Shown here in pieces: positions 51,956 through 61,640 of a DNA stretch of 64,000 nucleotides. Made by a program: the position numbers and the translations under genes. Position 1 is the stretch's first letter; each line of letters opens with the position of its first letter. The notes below the pieces were generated by a model. That model saw only the letters and a list, made by a program, of their open reading frames with translations, made no database searches and was not told where the DNA came from. The DNA comes from a virus: IMG/VR virus record IMGVR_UViG_3300029712_000001. One strand, written 5' to 3'.

Positions 51956-52635
51956 CATATCGTAAAATTAAGTGTTTTTTCTAATATCAGATATTCAGTA
52001 TGAACTTTACTTCCGCCATCATCTATCAAGTCCAAACTAATATAAGCTGTATATGATACATGATGATCACCAGGAGCAAGACGTTTCATTTCTGATAAGA
52101 ACATAGAATTTAAACCTTGGCCAGACCATGATTCTGGATATGGCAAAGGTGTAAAGTCGGCGTCTGTACATCTTACAACCCAAGTAAGATTAGGATCTGC
52201 CCTAACTATTCTATCATGAGGTCCATCAATTACAAGATCTGGCATCTTATATTGGTAACTATCATAATTAAGGACAATAGGATCACCAAAGTTTACACTG
52301 TATATAGCAGCAGGTGGAGTAAAGCTTGTTATTAAAAGGGTTCTATTAATCCTATTGGTTGTTCTTAGCGTAAACTCATCAGGTGCTATCACACTTACTC
52401 CAAATCCATAATAAGGAGAGGTTGTTAAAGCAATAGCAAGAACCACCGAATCCTGTTCAAGCAATTCCTCTGTCGTATCAACCTGACTATCGATCTCTTG
52501 CCTATCTTCCATTGGAACACCGCCTTGGACACTTATGGAATCCAGCCGTTCTTTTTTAGACAGAAAGATAAATTGCCCGCCCTGTGGAATGGTGCCTACT
52601 TTCTTTCCTTCTACGATTACCCCCCCCCTATACAA
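51955..52635 (-). CDS. Fibre / receptor-binding-like protein C, long ORF (226 codons from TTG); natural ATG is out of frame at 52691
   Basis: Beta-rich ORF directly after gene B. The MRRRF-encoding ATG at 52691 reads ...CIGGG then stops, and joins this ORF only with G10 instead of G9. Confidence 0.7.
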   Translation of the reverse strand: MYRGGVIVEGKKVGTIPQGGQFIFLSKKERLDSISVQGGVPMEDRQEIDSQVDTTEELLEQDSVVLAIALTTSPYYGFGVSVIAPDEFTLRTTNRINRTLLITSFTPPAAIYSVNFGDPIVLNYDSYQYKMPDLVIDGPHDRIVRADPNLTWVVRCTDADFTPLPYPESWSGQGLNSMFLSEMKRLAPGDHHVSYTAYISLDLIDDGGSKVHTEYLILEKTLNFTI

Positions 52636-52691
52636 TTGCTAACTATCTTATACTCATATAGTTTAGCATTATTTTCAAATCTTCTTCTCAT
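52617..52691 (-). other. 24-codon MRRRF leader ORF ending just after the G9 tract
   Basis: atgagaagaagatttgaaaat...tgtata-G9-taa. The first 15 nt are identical to the leader at 1825. Confidence 0.8.
52620..52628 (-). repeat. Homopolymeric G9 tract (C9 on the plus strand)
   Basis: Counted directly: c52620 plus 8 c at 52621-52628. Confidence 0.95.
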
Positions 52692-52695
52692 AATT

Positions 52696-53313
52696 TCATA
52701 AAATTAATTCGGTAAAGGGGCGGACATAACGTGGATTACTCCTTGTACTTGTATCCAAATGATCCCCTTGGATGTTTATATCATAATACCACGAATAGGT
52801 AGATTGTGTAGATTGAGTGGATGTCCACATTTTATTACTCATTATCGTACCTCCTACCATTAAAAGGCATTCGTTTATTTCATTAGCATACAATGATATC
52901 AAAAAAAACTCTCCGGCGCCACCTACATATCCATTTTGACCATTTTTAAATAAATAGCTATTAGCTTTATTAAAAGCGTAATTTTCATTACTGGTATCAT
53001 ATTCAAGATACGCATTCTGATTTTCACGCCCCCAATAATCCTTTTTAACGGTCTCCATATAAGAACTATTTTGTGCAAATACATTGTCTACTCTTCCATC
53101 CTTACCCCAACGAAATGTGCCAATATATTCGGTGGCTATAACAAAACACACTTTATCTACAAGAGCTATTCCATTGTATAGATCATTGGAATATCCTTTA
53201 TTAGACCAATTTTCTTTTGTATATAATCCTCCATCTACATGTTGGATGTATATGCCTTTATTGATTATAAGCGAGGGATTTACCCCCATCCCTGTTTGAA
53301 ATCTTCGTCTCAT
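52696..53313 (-). CDS. Fibre / receptor-binding-like protein B with DUF1566-like C-terminus (205 aa from ATG 53313)
   Basis: Starts MRRRFQTGMGV. C-terminal MWTSTQS...SWYYDI..G......YVRPF. The listed N-terminal extension (to 53400) overlaps a terminator hairpin. Confidence 0.75.
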   Translation of the reverse strand: MRRRFQTGMGVNPSLIINKGIYIQHVDGGLYTKENWSNKGYSNDLYNGIALVDKVCFVIATEYIGTFRWGKDGRVDNVFAQNSSYMETVKKDYWGRENQNAYLEYDTSNENYAFNKANSYLFKNGQNGYVGGAGEFFLISLYANEINECLLMVGGTIMSNKMWTSTQSTQSTYSWYYDINIQGDHLDTSTRSNPRYVRPFTELIL

Positions 53314-53345
53314 GATTTTTGTTTGCAAGATAGCAATAATTGACA

Positions 53346-53390
53346 ACATAAAAGAAACCGGTTCCCTATCATCTCTGACTGAGAACCGGT
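53346..53390 (-). terminator. Intrinsic terminator after the giant gene
   Basis: ACCGGTTC (53357-53364) pairs with GAACCGGT (53383-53390). A U-rich run follows on the minus strand. Confidence 0.65.
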
Positions 53391-53527
53391 AAGAAAACAA
53401 TTTCAGAAAAAATTAAACCTACATAATCTTTCAAGTAAGAACAAAAAAACGTACAATCTACTCTTTGACGATGCTAATATAGCATATTGGAATCATACAA
53501 AAACAATGCAAGTCCGATATTCTTCGT

Positions 53528-56500
53528 CTATTTGTAACTAACATCATCGTCTCCTTCCGAATCAGGAGTGGCGCCGATGAAGAACATCATTGACTTGTTG
53601 TTCGTCTGCTGCCACCAATTATAGGCGCGCGCTACGTCTTCCGGCGTCTTGATATTATACCATTGTTTGATAAACGTCTGTTTGGCGAGTTGCCTAAATA
53701 ACTTAAACTCTCCTTTGTATGTACCGGACGTCACCTTATCAAGTGAGTAGTTCCTAAGATCGGTAAGATCCTTAAGTTTCCGTCCCATAACAAACGGGTC
53801 GTTAATGATATCTACCACATTAAGCTCCATAATAAACGGCATCTGTGAAGCTATTTCATTTATGGTTCTGAATCCGACGTAGGATCCGAATTGAGTAAGC
53901 CAACTTTCCTCGTTTTCATCATCATCACGCCATCCGGCAAGAAGCATAGATACGGCTTGCATGATAAGGAACGTGCCGGCATAGACACTGAGACGTTTTA
54001 TATTGGTTTTCTCTACCTCATTCATATTATCTTTATTTTCGTTCCAGGCATCTATGATGTTTTTCATACCAGACTCGGAAGCTAAGCTAAATGTTTTGGC
54101 TATCATATTCTTTAACGTAATTGACAGTCCTTCCTCTTCTTGCATTGTTTGGAAATTGAAGCCACGTCTTTTCCACAGGCGTTGAGCTGCCAGCACCAGC
54201 CAGCCTCGGTGGGCGGTCATGAACCTGGCTATCCAGTTGCGCGATGCGGCAGTTCGGTTTTCTTCATTCAAAGATCCGTTACATATCTGCGACAAGCTAC
54301 GGACTTGATTCCTGGTTATAGCCATCTGGGTTTCAACTTCCTCAACAGTAACACCCGATCCCGGCTTTACAACCACCTTTCCATCCACGACGTCTACCAT
54401 ACTCCATAAAGTGCGATCTTTTAATGCATCCCATTCTCTTTTTATGGTACTCTGTTCTTTATTGCGTTCTTTTTCCATCTTGAAATCTTGGAACGTATAG
54501 AACCGGCCTTTGTAATAACGAACATTGTCCATAGTAGCAATCATAACCTGCGGATCAAGAGGGTAGTTCAGGATTTCCATAAAAGCATACATAGGCGAAC
54601 GCATTAAGGTCCTGGCCACTCTATTATATCCGGCACCATACATACGATTTCGGATATTGAATATCCCCATTCTCTCACCTATGACATATAATTTGCTTTT
54701 CCTATCTATGTCTCCGGTTTCTGCTATACAAGATGGAGCAAGGCGTGAAAATTCAGCCGATGCGTATTTAAGGGAGTCTTTGCTTATATACTGTCCTACG
54801 GCAGATTCCATGATGAGGTTGATATGACCTGTCAGGGCGCCGGTAGCTGCCACAAACGGGGACAGCGCCAGGTTCATGACCGACATAAATCTTTCAACGG
54901 CCATCATTATCCTGGTAAGGTCTACTGTGTATCCACCGATGTTTACCGTCAGTTTTTTGGTGTTCATTCTAATGCCATAATAATGGTCATTGAAGAAGTC
55001 CCTGAACATCTGATATGCTTGGGTTGCTTCAGCTTTCTTCCCGCCTTCAAATTGCTTATTCAGTAACATCTGCTCCAGTCCTTGGGCAAGCTCTATAGAT
55101 TTCTGCTTTTCGTTGTATAATGATGATTGCATCATAAGCATCGAATAAGAGTAACCAAAATCATGAGATACGTCATCTTGGTTCTCTAATTCATATATGT
55201 AGTATTTAGGTATGGACCGAACCCTATCTTCCGGATCATATACCTCACCCTGGCGTGTTTTACCATACAGGGAGTCATCTACGCGGTCAAGACATAAGTC
55301 GGATACGAAGTTCCTGACCGTACTTTTAAGGCTGATACCTAACCCTTCTATACGTTCTATATCTTGTTTGGATATCTGTGGAATAGCATACAGGTTCGGG
55401 CTCTGCTCTTTGTATAGATCAAGGGATTGTCTTTTTATTTCCTTGAGTTTTTGAATCATATTCCACTGCTCTACGTTTTTAGTAGCGACCTCATTACCAT
55501 CAGCATCATATTTGATACCAAAGTCATTGAGATACGATTCATCACGATACAGGCTTTTCTTAGGCATGCGATGACCATACCCATGATCTTTTACATAATC
55601 AGGATTACGACCGCTATTTTCGGCTTCAGATTCAGCCACCCATGCCCTTGCAGGGTCGAAAGACAGGTACGATATGTCCATGCCATAATCTTGGGTGGAT
55701 GTACCGTTTTGTACGTCCTTAACCATCTGCGCCACATCTATCTCACCTCGACCAATTTTGTCGATCATAGCCGCATATCCGGTAGGCGCCATGCGTTTAT
55801 AATACGAAAAGACCTGGCTCCTGGCAAATTCATTAACAATAGCATTAGCTTCTTCTATGCCCGCTTTTATGTCAGCTTCTATACCCTCTTCTCTTGTATT
55901 ATTTAAAAATAAGCTGGCCATCTTAGTATTAACAGCATTCCTGAAATCTCTACCGTCTAATTCTTTGCTTATACCGAGCTTTTCTGACAGGTAGTTGGTT
56001 TCAGATACGGTAAACAGATATCGGTTATCAGCAGCCTTAAACAGCTTATCCCTTAAAGCCTGAATCCTTTTTGCTTTCTTTGCCGTAGTATGACGTTGCA
56101 CAAACTTCCATTCCACTTCCTTGGAGTCAGCAAGAGCATTTAAATAAGACTGATTTACTTCGTTTTCAGCCTTACTGCTTTTAGTAAGGTACTTATCAAT
56201 ATCTTCAAGACCCACCATCTTAGCATAATCTATTAAGATAGCGTAATCAGCTTCAATAGCTTCAGATGCGGCCCTAAAAGCATCTCTTTCAGATGAGGTA
56301 AATGTCGCTTCGTTAATTTCTCCGATATCAGCCACATCTCGGTTGTTTCCGATTATTTCCTTGATAATGGCCTTATTTTTTTCTATATCTTTCACAATCG
56401 AATCCACGTCAGTCGCATCTCTATCACTTGTCGTAGAACTAATGATATCATGCGCCATTTTAAGATACGAAGCCTTGTTATTTGATTCGGTACGTGCCGA

Positions 56501-59500
56501 CTGTTCCGATTCTACATCATTCCAAAACCGATCATTAAATGACAGGTGACCTCCCAACATAAGCGTCTTCAGCGCAGCTTCTCCTCCAGACTCGCTCTGA
56601 ATCGTTCTTAATTTTTGCAAAAACGATTCTGATACGGCATTAGTGGCATTATTTGATTCTTTTCTCCAAACTTCATTTATGGCTTGTATTTCTTTGGCCA
56701 TCTTAAGTTGGTCGCCGGTTTTTTCCACTCTCCTGGTTCCTACATATATGTATTCTGAAGCTGCTTCCTTACGTTGTTTACGAAGCAGTCCTTCTTCTTC
56801 GTAATTGCTGCTTTTAAAATAGGCAACCTCATCAAAATTACCACCGCTATCAATAAAAGGCTGCCTCAATATCCGTTTTTGCCGGGATAGGGCATTAAGG
56901 TATTCTTTGGTTGTTTGAGAAACCGGATACCCTAATTCTTCTTCAGCCTTTTTGTATATGGATTCCATTCTTGTGGCATAACTTTCGCTAAATTCCAGTT
57001 CCGAATTTTCAGCATCCCACTTTTCCATCTGCTCTGTATAGATCTTTTCCTGCTCGATGGTAAAAATATCGGTATTAACCCTATCAGACGATGGTTTGAA
57101 TTTAGCGTTTTCAGTAACCGTATTTCCATCCTTGTCAACTACTTCTCTTTTAAATACGTAATTACGGTTATTGTCAACCACATCACCAATTTCTTGTTCT
57201 GATATCTCTATGTTCATGGCAGTCGCAAACGCTCGCATCTGCGCCAGCTTCTTATTACGATCGTATTTAGCCATATCAAGAGCACTACGAAGGTAATTAG
57301 AAGTTTTGCCGTCTACTTTCTGAAGCAGTTTTTCAAATTCAGATTTGTTAAAACCATGTTTTTTAGCATATGCCAGGAAGTCGGATATGGCGGGCTGGGC
57401 ATTCACCATCGCATTGTAATTGTCTTTGGCAATCATAGCTCCAAGAGCGTTATTGAACGGACTGGAAGAATGCTCTAATATACCAAACCACCTACTTATC
57501 CAAGAAACATCGTGTTGAACCTTGTCGAAAAATTCTTTTACTCTCTTTACCTTATCTGCCGGCACATGAAGTTCGTTCATTAACTTATCAAGCAACGTAC
57601 TTTCATCAAGGTCTTGTACTGATTTAATATCAGACTGAATACCATTGATGTCGGCAATGACGGTATTGATCCTATTTGTATAATCCTGCTTTTCACGTTC
57701 ATCAAATTCGGTACTTCTGTTACGGATATATCCTCGAAGATCGTTCATGATCGGAAGAACCTGATTGTTGATAATATCTACGTTCTTTCGATCATTGGTA
57801 TTGAAATGAAGCTTACCGTCTTTGGTATCACCATGAAGGATAGTATTTACTACGTTGCTTAAGTATCTAACCTGAGCTTCGGCTGTAGAGATCATGCTGT
57901 TCATGGCAGCCGCCATCTCATTCTTGTCTATTTCGGTCTCTACCTTATTTATCTTATCTTCTATAGTCTTAAGCTGAGCAAGGGTCATAGACGTAGTTAC
58001 AGCCCTATCAGAGCTTATCTGACGTAAGTCTCTTAATGTTTTCCTTAATGCCAGGATCTTAGACTCAAGAAACTTGTTCTTGTTCATAGAAGAAAGGGAG
58101 TATAATGTAAAGTCATTATCCTTTAACAGAGAGGTGTCAAATCCTTTATCTATGTCAGTAATGGCAAGATCACGAATGTTTTTAATAACGTTATTCAAAT
58201 CTTGTCTTTGGGTTGATAAAGCTGATTTAAGCCAGCTTACGATTCCAGAGAAAAGCTGCCGGACGCGCCCCAGGAAGGAGGTGGGCTCTACCGGCGCCTG
58301 TGCTGTGCCGGTCTGCATCTCCCTGGCGAGGATCTTTCCAAGAATTTCTCTCCTAACAGCATTATCAAGCTCAGCTCCTTCATATACCTTACCGTATGTA
58401 TTATAATACTGACCTGCATACTGGTTCCACTCTTCCGTACCTTCTACATCTTGCAGAACAGCCTCAACAGCATTCTGATCTCTGTATGCCTCTACAAGGA
58501 AGTGGGCTGTTTCTTCTACTAAATCAGATAAAGTAGCATCTTCACCAACTGCTATTACGTTATTAGCAATATCCGCCAATGCCTTAGCAGAAGGTTCATG
58601 CCCGTATTTGGTTTGGTACTTCTCTATATAGTCGGTCATACCTATGACACTAACGCCAAGAGTTTTCAGTATCTCGACAATAGAATTTCGTTGGTCACGT
58701 TCCTGCCTGCTATAATCTGATACGATCTTAGCTTTAGTATCAGCATAAAGATCGTTGTCCTCTAATATGAATGAAACTACAAGCGCATCAAAATGATCGT
58801 ACTTGGCGTCCAATTCATTGTATCTTCCAGACTTAAGATCGTTCTTTATCTGTTCCCTACTAACCCTTTCCGTTCCTCCGGTGGCGAGTCTCATAGTTAC
58901 CTTACTGTTATCCAACGAGCTTATGGTTATCATACCTTGGTCGTTCATGGAAACATCGGAACCAAAATGATTACGGAGCTCGGTGTATGATAAGGCTGAA
59001 TTGAAAAGTCTAATTTGTCCTGTATGACCTTCTCCTGTAAGATAATAGCTTCTTGTTTCAGGATCGAATATCTTAGATCCTGACAAAAGACCTTTCTTTA
59101 TAAGGTAGTTAATTATACCACCTTTTGTTGATAAAGAAGTAGAAGCAGAAGCGGTCATGACCGGTATAAAAGATTTGGGGTTGTTAAGAACATACTTTCC
59201 AGCTTTGTAAGTAATGTCTGCCACGCCATCCACGGCAGATTCTTGAACGGTGCCTGATAAGAACCCTATTCTAATATCATTCCCGCCAGAGCGAAGAGCT
59301 TCTCCGTAATCTTCAAATAATTGGCTACGATCGTTCATGAAAAACAAACGAGGCTCTCCGGTCTGATACGTTACACCCACAGGATTAGAATCTGTTTCTG
59401 GTAGCTCTTCTGGGCTAAATATCTTAAGACCGTCTTTTATAACCATATAATTAACACCCTTATCCTGTACCATAGATACGGGAGTGAAGTCTGAAGATAT

Positions 59501-59974
59501 GGTATCTTGTAGATACTGCCCGGCGTCTATTCCAGGTCCTTCCGGTACGGAAATACTTGACGGGACCATAGCATCCACCAACATAATATTATCACCCAGA
59601 TTTTGGCTGTAGAATCCAAAGCCCGATTCTTGGATTTCATAAGGTGCATCTGATTTTGACACAAGAACAGGGTTACTCATCTTAGAAGCCTTATCCAGCA
59701 CCCTTTCCCTATAGGCTTCCGGAATAAGATCGATGTTGGATTTCACCTTATTGTAGGCCTGTTTATTAACAGGTACATTCCTTCTCCAGTCGCCAAAAGC
59801 CTTTAAGAACTTATTAGAAAATACGGTTTTAAAAACAGTAGTAGCCCGTTCCCTGTTCTCCATAAGAGGAATAGATGCTATTTTATCAAACAACATAGAC
59901 CTGTCCCCTGATCTGGTAGAGACAGAAACAACTTTCTTTTTATTATCTCTTTTAATAATACACGTTGATACCAT
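53528..59974 (-). CDS. Giant 2148-aa virion-associated protein (tape-measure / ejection / polyvalent-type; function unresolved)
   Basis: Uninterrupted 6447-nt ORF with its own promoter and flanking terminators. Mostly helical and charged. C-terminal hydrophobic segments (SPFVAATGALTGHINLIM, VYAGTFLIMQAVSMLLAGW). Upstream of the fibre-like genes. Confidence 0.9.
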   Translation of the reverse strand: MVSTCIIKRDNKKKVVSVSTRSGDRSMLFDKIASIPLMENRERATTVFKTVFSNKFLKAFGDWRRNVPVNKQAYNKVKSNIDLIPEAYRERVLDKASKMSNPVLVSKSDAPYEIQESGFGFYSQNLGDNIMLVDAMVPSSISVPEGPGIDAGQYLQDTISSDFTPVSMVQDKGVNYMVIKDGLKIFSPEELPETDSNPVGVTYQTGEPRLFFMNDRSQLFEDYGEALRSGGNDIRIGFLSGTVQESAVDGVADITYKAGKYVLNNPKSFIPVMTASASTSLSTKGGIINYLIKKGLLSGSKIFDPETRSYYLTGEGHTGQIRLFNSALSYTELRNHFGSDVSMNDQGMITISSLDNSKVTMRLATGGTERVSREQIKNDLKSGRYNELDAKYDHFDALVVSFILEDNDLYADTKAKIVSDYSRQERDQRNSIVEILKTLGVSVIGMTDYIEKYQTKYGHEPSAKALADIANNVIAVGEDATLSDLVEETAHFLVEAYRDQNAVEAVLQDVEGTEEWNQYAGQYYNTYGKVYEGAELDNAVRREILGKILAREMQTGTAQAPVEPTSFLGRVRQLFSGIVSWLKSALSTQRQDLNNVIKNIRDLAITDIDKGFDTSLLKDNDFTLYSLSSMNKNKFLESKILALRKTLRDLRQISSDRAVTTSMTLAQLKTIEDKINKVETEIDKNEMAAAMNSMISTAEAQVRYLSNVVNTILHGDTKDGKLHFNTNDRKNVDIINNQVLPIMNDLRGYIRNRSTEFDEREKQDYTNRINTVIADINGIQSDIKSVQDLDESTLLDKLMNELHVPADKVKRVKEFFDKVQHDVSWISRWFGILEHSSSPFNNALGAMIAKDNYNAMVNAQPAISDFLAYAKKHGFNKSEFEKLLQKVDGKTSNYLRSALDMAKYDRNKKLAQMRAFATAMNIEISEQEIGDVVDNNRNYVFKREVVDKDGNTVTENAKFKPSSDRVNTDIFTIEQEKIYTEQMEKWDAENSELEFSESYATRMESIYKKAEEELGYPVSQTTKEYLNALSRQKRILRQPFIDSGGNFDEVAYFKSSNYEEEGLLRKQRKEAASEYIYVGTRRVEKTGDQLKMAKEIQAINEVWRKESNNATNAVSESFLQKLRTIQSESGGEAALKTLMLGGHLSFNDRFWNDVESEQSARTESNNKASYLKMAHDIISSTTSDRDATDVDSIVKDIEKNKAIIKEIIGNNRDVADIGEINEATFTSSERDAFRAASEAIEADYAILIDYAKMVGLEDIDKYLTKSSKAENEVNQSYLNALADSKEVEWKFVQRHTTAKKAKRIQALRDKLFKAADNRYLFTVSETNYLSEKLGISKELDGRDFRNAVNTKMASLFLNNTREEGIEADIKAGIEEANAIVNEFARSQVFSYYKRMAPTGYAAMIDKIGRGEIDVAQMVKDVQNGTSTQDYGMDISYLSFDPARAWVAESEAENSGRNPDYVKDHGYGHRMPKKSLYRDESYLNDFGIKYDADGNEVATKNVEQWNMIQKLKEIKRQSLDLYKEQSPNLYAIPQISKQDIERIEGLGISLKSTVRNFVSDLCLDRVDDSLYGKTRQGEVYDPEDRVRSIPKYYIYELENQDDVSHDFGYSYSMLMMQSSLYNEKQKSIELAQGLEQMLLNKQFEGGKKAEATQAYQMFRDFFNDHYYGIRMNTKKLTVNIGGYTVDLTRIMMAVERFMSVMNLALSPFVAATGALTGHINLIMESAVGQYISKDSLKYASAEFSRLAPSCIAETGDIDRKSKLYVIGERMGIFNIRNRMYGAGYNRVARTLMRSPMYAFMEILNYPLDPQVMIATMDNVRYYKGRFYTFQDFKMEKERNKEQSTIKREWDALKDRTLWSMVDVVDGKVVVKPGSGVTVEEVETQMAITRNQVRSLSQICNGSLNEENRTAASRNWIARFMTAHRGWLVLAAQRLWKRRGFNFQTMQEEEGLSITLKNMIAKTFSLASESGMKNIIDAWNENKDNMNEVEKTNIKRLSVYAGTFLIMQAVSMLLAGWRDDDENEESWLTQFGSYVGFRTINEIASQMPFIMELNVVDIINDPFVMGRKLKDLTDLRNYSLDKVTSGTYKGEFKLFRQLAKQTFIKQWYNIKTPEDVARAYNWWQQTNNKSMMFFIGATPDSEGDDDVSYK

Positions 59975-59997
59975 GATAAAACATTTTTGTTATGAGA

Positions 59998-60005
59998 CAA
60001 AGGTA
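59998..60005 (-). promoter_or_regulatory. -7 box TACCTTTG for the giant gene
   Basis: Minus-strand TAnnTTTG about 24 nt upstream of ATG 59974, with a TTG about 16 nt further upstream. Confidence 0.55.
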
Positions 60006-60020
60006 GTTAAAAATCAAGCA

Positions 60021-60064
60021 TATCATAAAAAATAAAGCCATCTAACTTCTCAGTCTGATGGCTT
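60021..60064 (-). terminator. Intrinsic terminator
   Basis: AAGCCATC (60035-60042) pairs with GATGGCTT (60057-60064). A T-run follows on the minus strand. Confidence 0.7.
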
Positions 60065-60116
60065 AAAAATGATATGAAAAAAAATTATAATCTGACGAAA
60101 AATCGTCAAGTTCAGC

Positions 60117-60440
60117 TTATATGTAATGCATGTACCCATCTCGGTGTATAAACCTTCCCGATTCAAAGCGCTCAATATCTTCAGGGCAAATAGGGCCCGA
60201 ATCCTCTCTCCTGGCTTCAAACCAAAGCCCCGGCTTACGAAGTCGGCAAGTTATGATATAATTGAAGCAATTGTGCGTAAAATGGAAAACAGATCCTACA
60301 GGGAAATACCTATCAGCTTGAAATACGATTCTTTTTCGTTTAGTATCAAACGTGATATCCCCTACTATCTTAGCCACGTAATAGCTTCTGCCATTTAACG
60401 TTTCATCTGTCTGCGGTATCCAATAATAACCTCTTGCCAT
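60117..60440 (-). CDS. Hypothetical protein (107 aa from MARGYYW)
   Basis: The listed 130-aa ORF extends over a terminator and another ORF. The internal ATG at 60440 follows a TATATTTG box. Confidence 0.65.
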   Translation of the reverse strand: MARGYYWIPQTDETLNGRSYYVAKIVGDITFDTKRKRIVFQADRYFPVGSVFHFTHNCFNYIITCRLRKPGLWFEARREDSGPICPEDIERFESGRFIHRDGYMHYI

Positions 60441-60453
60441 GCCACAAATATAT

Positions 60454-60484
60454 AAAAAAAGTCGGACAAGACACATGCCCGACT
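60454..60484 (-). terminator. Intrinsic terminator
   Basis: AGTCGG (60460-60465) pairs with CCGACT (60479-60484). T7 follows on the minus strand. Confidence 0.6.
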
Positions 60485-60489
60485 TTATA

Positions 60490-60660
60490 TTACTTTGATT
60501 CATTTTCAAACCGCTTTATAAGAGAAGCAATATCATCACCACAAATAAACATCATTCGACGTTCTTCTTTTGGTTTATGAGACACTGGAATGGTTTTGTT
60601 TATCTTAATCTGATTTGCCAGACCTCTACCTAAACGAATATCAACTTTTTTACCTTTCAT
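60490..60660 (-). CDS. Hypothetical small protein (56 aa), below the ORF-track cutoff
   Basis: Hand translation MKGKKVDIRLGRGLANQIKINK.... Its start overlaps the stop of 60650..60967. Confidence 0.5.
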   Translation of the reverse strand: MKGKKVDIRLGRGLANQIKINKTIPVSHKPKEERRMMFICGDDIASLIKRFENESK

Positions 60661-60967
60661 GAATTATTTGTTTAAACAGATCAATTCCATCTATTATAAT
60701 ATGACCGCTTTGCATACGACCATTATTAGGATTGTAAAGAAAGTTGAAACCACTTTCTTTTTCCTGTCTTTCAAAAAAACTGATATCCTTTCCTCTACGG
60801 GCTCTTTCAAAAGCTTTCTTGAACAACTTGCCTCTAAAGGTCTTGACGAGGTTCTTGGTAGCGTTATTGCCGGCTCTTACCATTGCTTTCCTTGCCTGGT
60901 CCTCCGAGACAAAACTGCTTCGGAAAATATACGATGTTGCTGCTTGTATATCTTGCTTGGTGATCAT
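60650..60967 (-). CDS. Hypothetical basic protein (105 aa)
   Basis: ATG ORF in the leftward chain. Confidence 0.7.
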   Translation of the reverse strand: MITKQDIQAATSYIFRSSFVSEDQARKAMVRAGNNATKNLVKTFRGKLFKKAFERARRGKDISFFERQEKESGFNFLYNPNNGRMQSGHIIIDGIDLFKQIIHER

Positions 60968-61314
60968 ATGACAAACATTTCTTTCAAGATACTGATATTT
61001 ATTGTGTATATCATTTTCATTTCATCTTTATCATATACGTCAAAAAAGGATTTACTTAAGTCCTTTGAATCTTCGCTCAATTGAATTATGCAATTACCAG
61101 TATAAACCTTAAGCTTGTAATTATCGGAATATATATCATGCATGGTTTCAAATGTCTCAATTAAATTTTCAACAAGTGCTCTGTTAAATGAAAAAGATTC
61201 TTTACCATCACCTTTAAATGTGATATGATCTAAATCCCTGTTGTCAAATTCATACTTTAATTGATTGCCGTCCATCATATCATAAAATATTGACTTTCTG
61301 ATTATAAATCCCAT
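60964..61314 (-). CDS. Hypothetical protein (116 aa)
   Basis: ATGA overlap with the downstream gene. Confidence 0.7.
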   Translation of the reverse strand: MGFIIRKSIFYDMMDGNQLKYEFDNRDLDHITFKGDGKESFSFNRALVENLIETFETMHDIYSDNYKLKVYTGNCIIQLSEDSKDLSKSFFDVYDKDEMKMIYTINISILKEMFVI

Positions 61315-61331
61315 ATTGTTTTATTTTTTAG

Positions 61332-61637
61332 TTAATACAAATCTTCTGAATACAACTGTTCTCTAATGGCATTTCTATCTACCACCATCTCCTGATTATT
61401 GTTTCTAACAAGTTCAGACGCTTCCTCTCTTGTTAAAAACCGATTCTTGCTTGTCAAAAATCCTTGAACACTGCGGTTTTTATGAGCTATTCCGTATGCC
61501 GCAAGTTGCGATATTATGGAACAGTGTCTCAATCCACAAAATACGGTTCCGAATGGTATATTTACTGGACCGTGAGGCTTGTTCTTGTGATCTTGAACCC
61601 ATATAGCTGCACATACAACAATTTCCTTATCACACAT
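61332..61637 (-). CDS. Conserved hypothetical phage protein (101 aa)
   Basis: VCAAI...GTVFCGLRH...GFLTSKNRFLTREEA pattern is seen in many phages (from memory). Function unknown. Confidence 0.7.
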   Translation of the reverse strand: MCDKEIVVCAAIWVQDHKNKPHGPVNIPFGTVFCGLRHCSIISQLAAYGIAHKNRSVQGFLTSKNRFLTREEASELVRNNNQEMVVDRNAIREQLYSEDLY

Positions 61638-61640
61638 AAT

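Noticed and set aside
53891-58990. Plus-strand ORFs of 60-160 aa inside the giant gene (e.g. 55427..55906, 58074..58406)
   Set aside because: They are antisense to a 2148-codon ORF. The longest coincide with GC islands, where stop codons are rare.
53528-59974. Giant protein as a crAss-like virion RNA polymerase
   Set aside because: No DxDGD / NADFDGD-type metal-binding motif or second barrel motif was found on reading the sequence. Left as function unknown.
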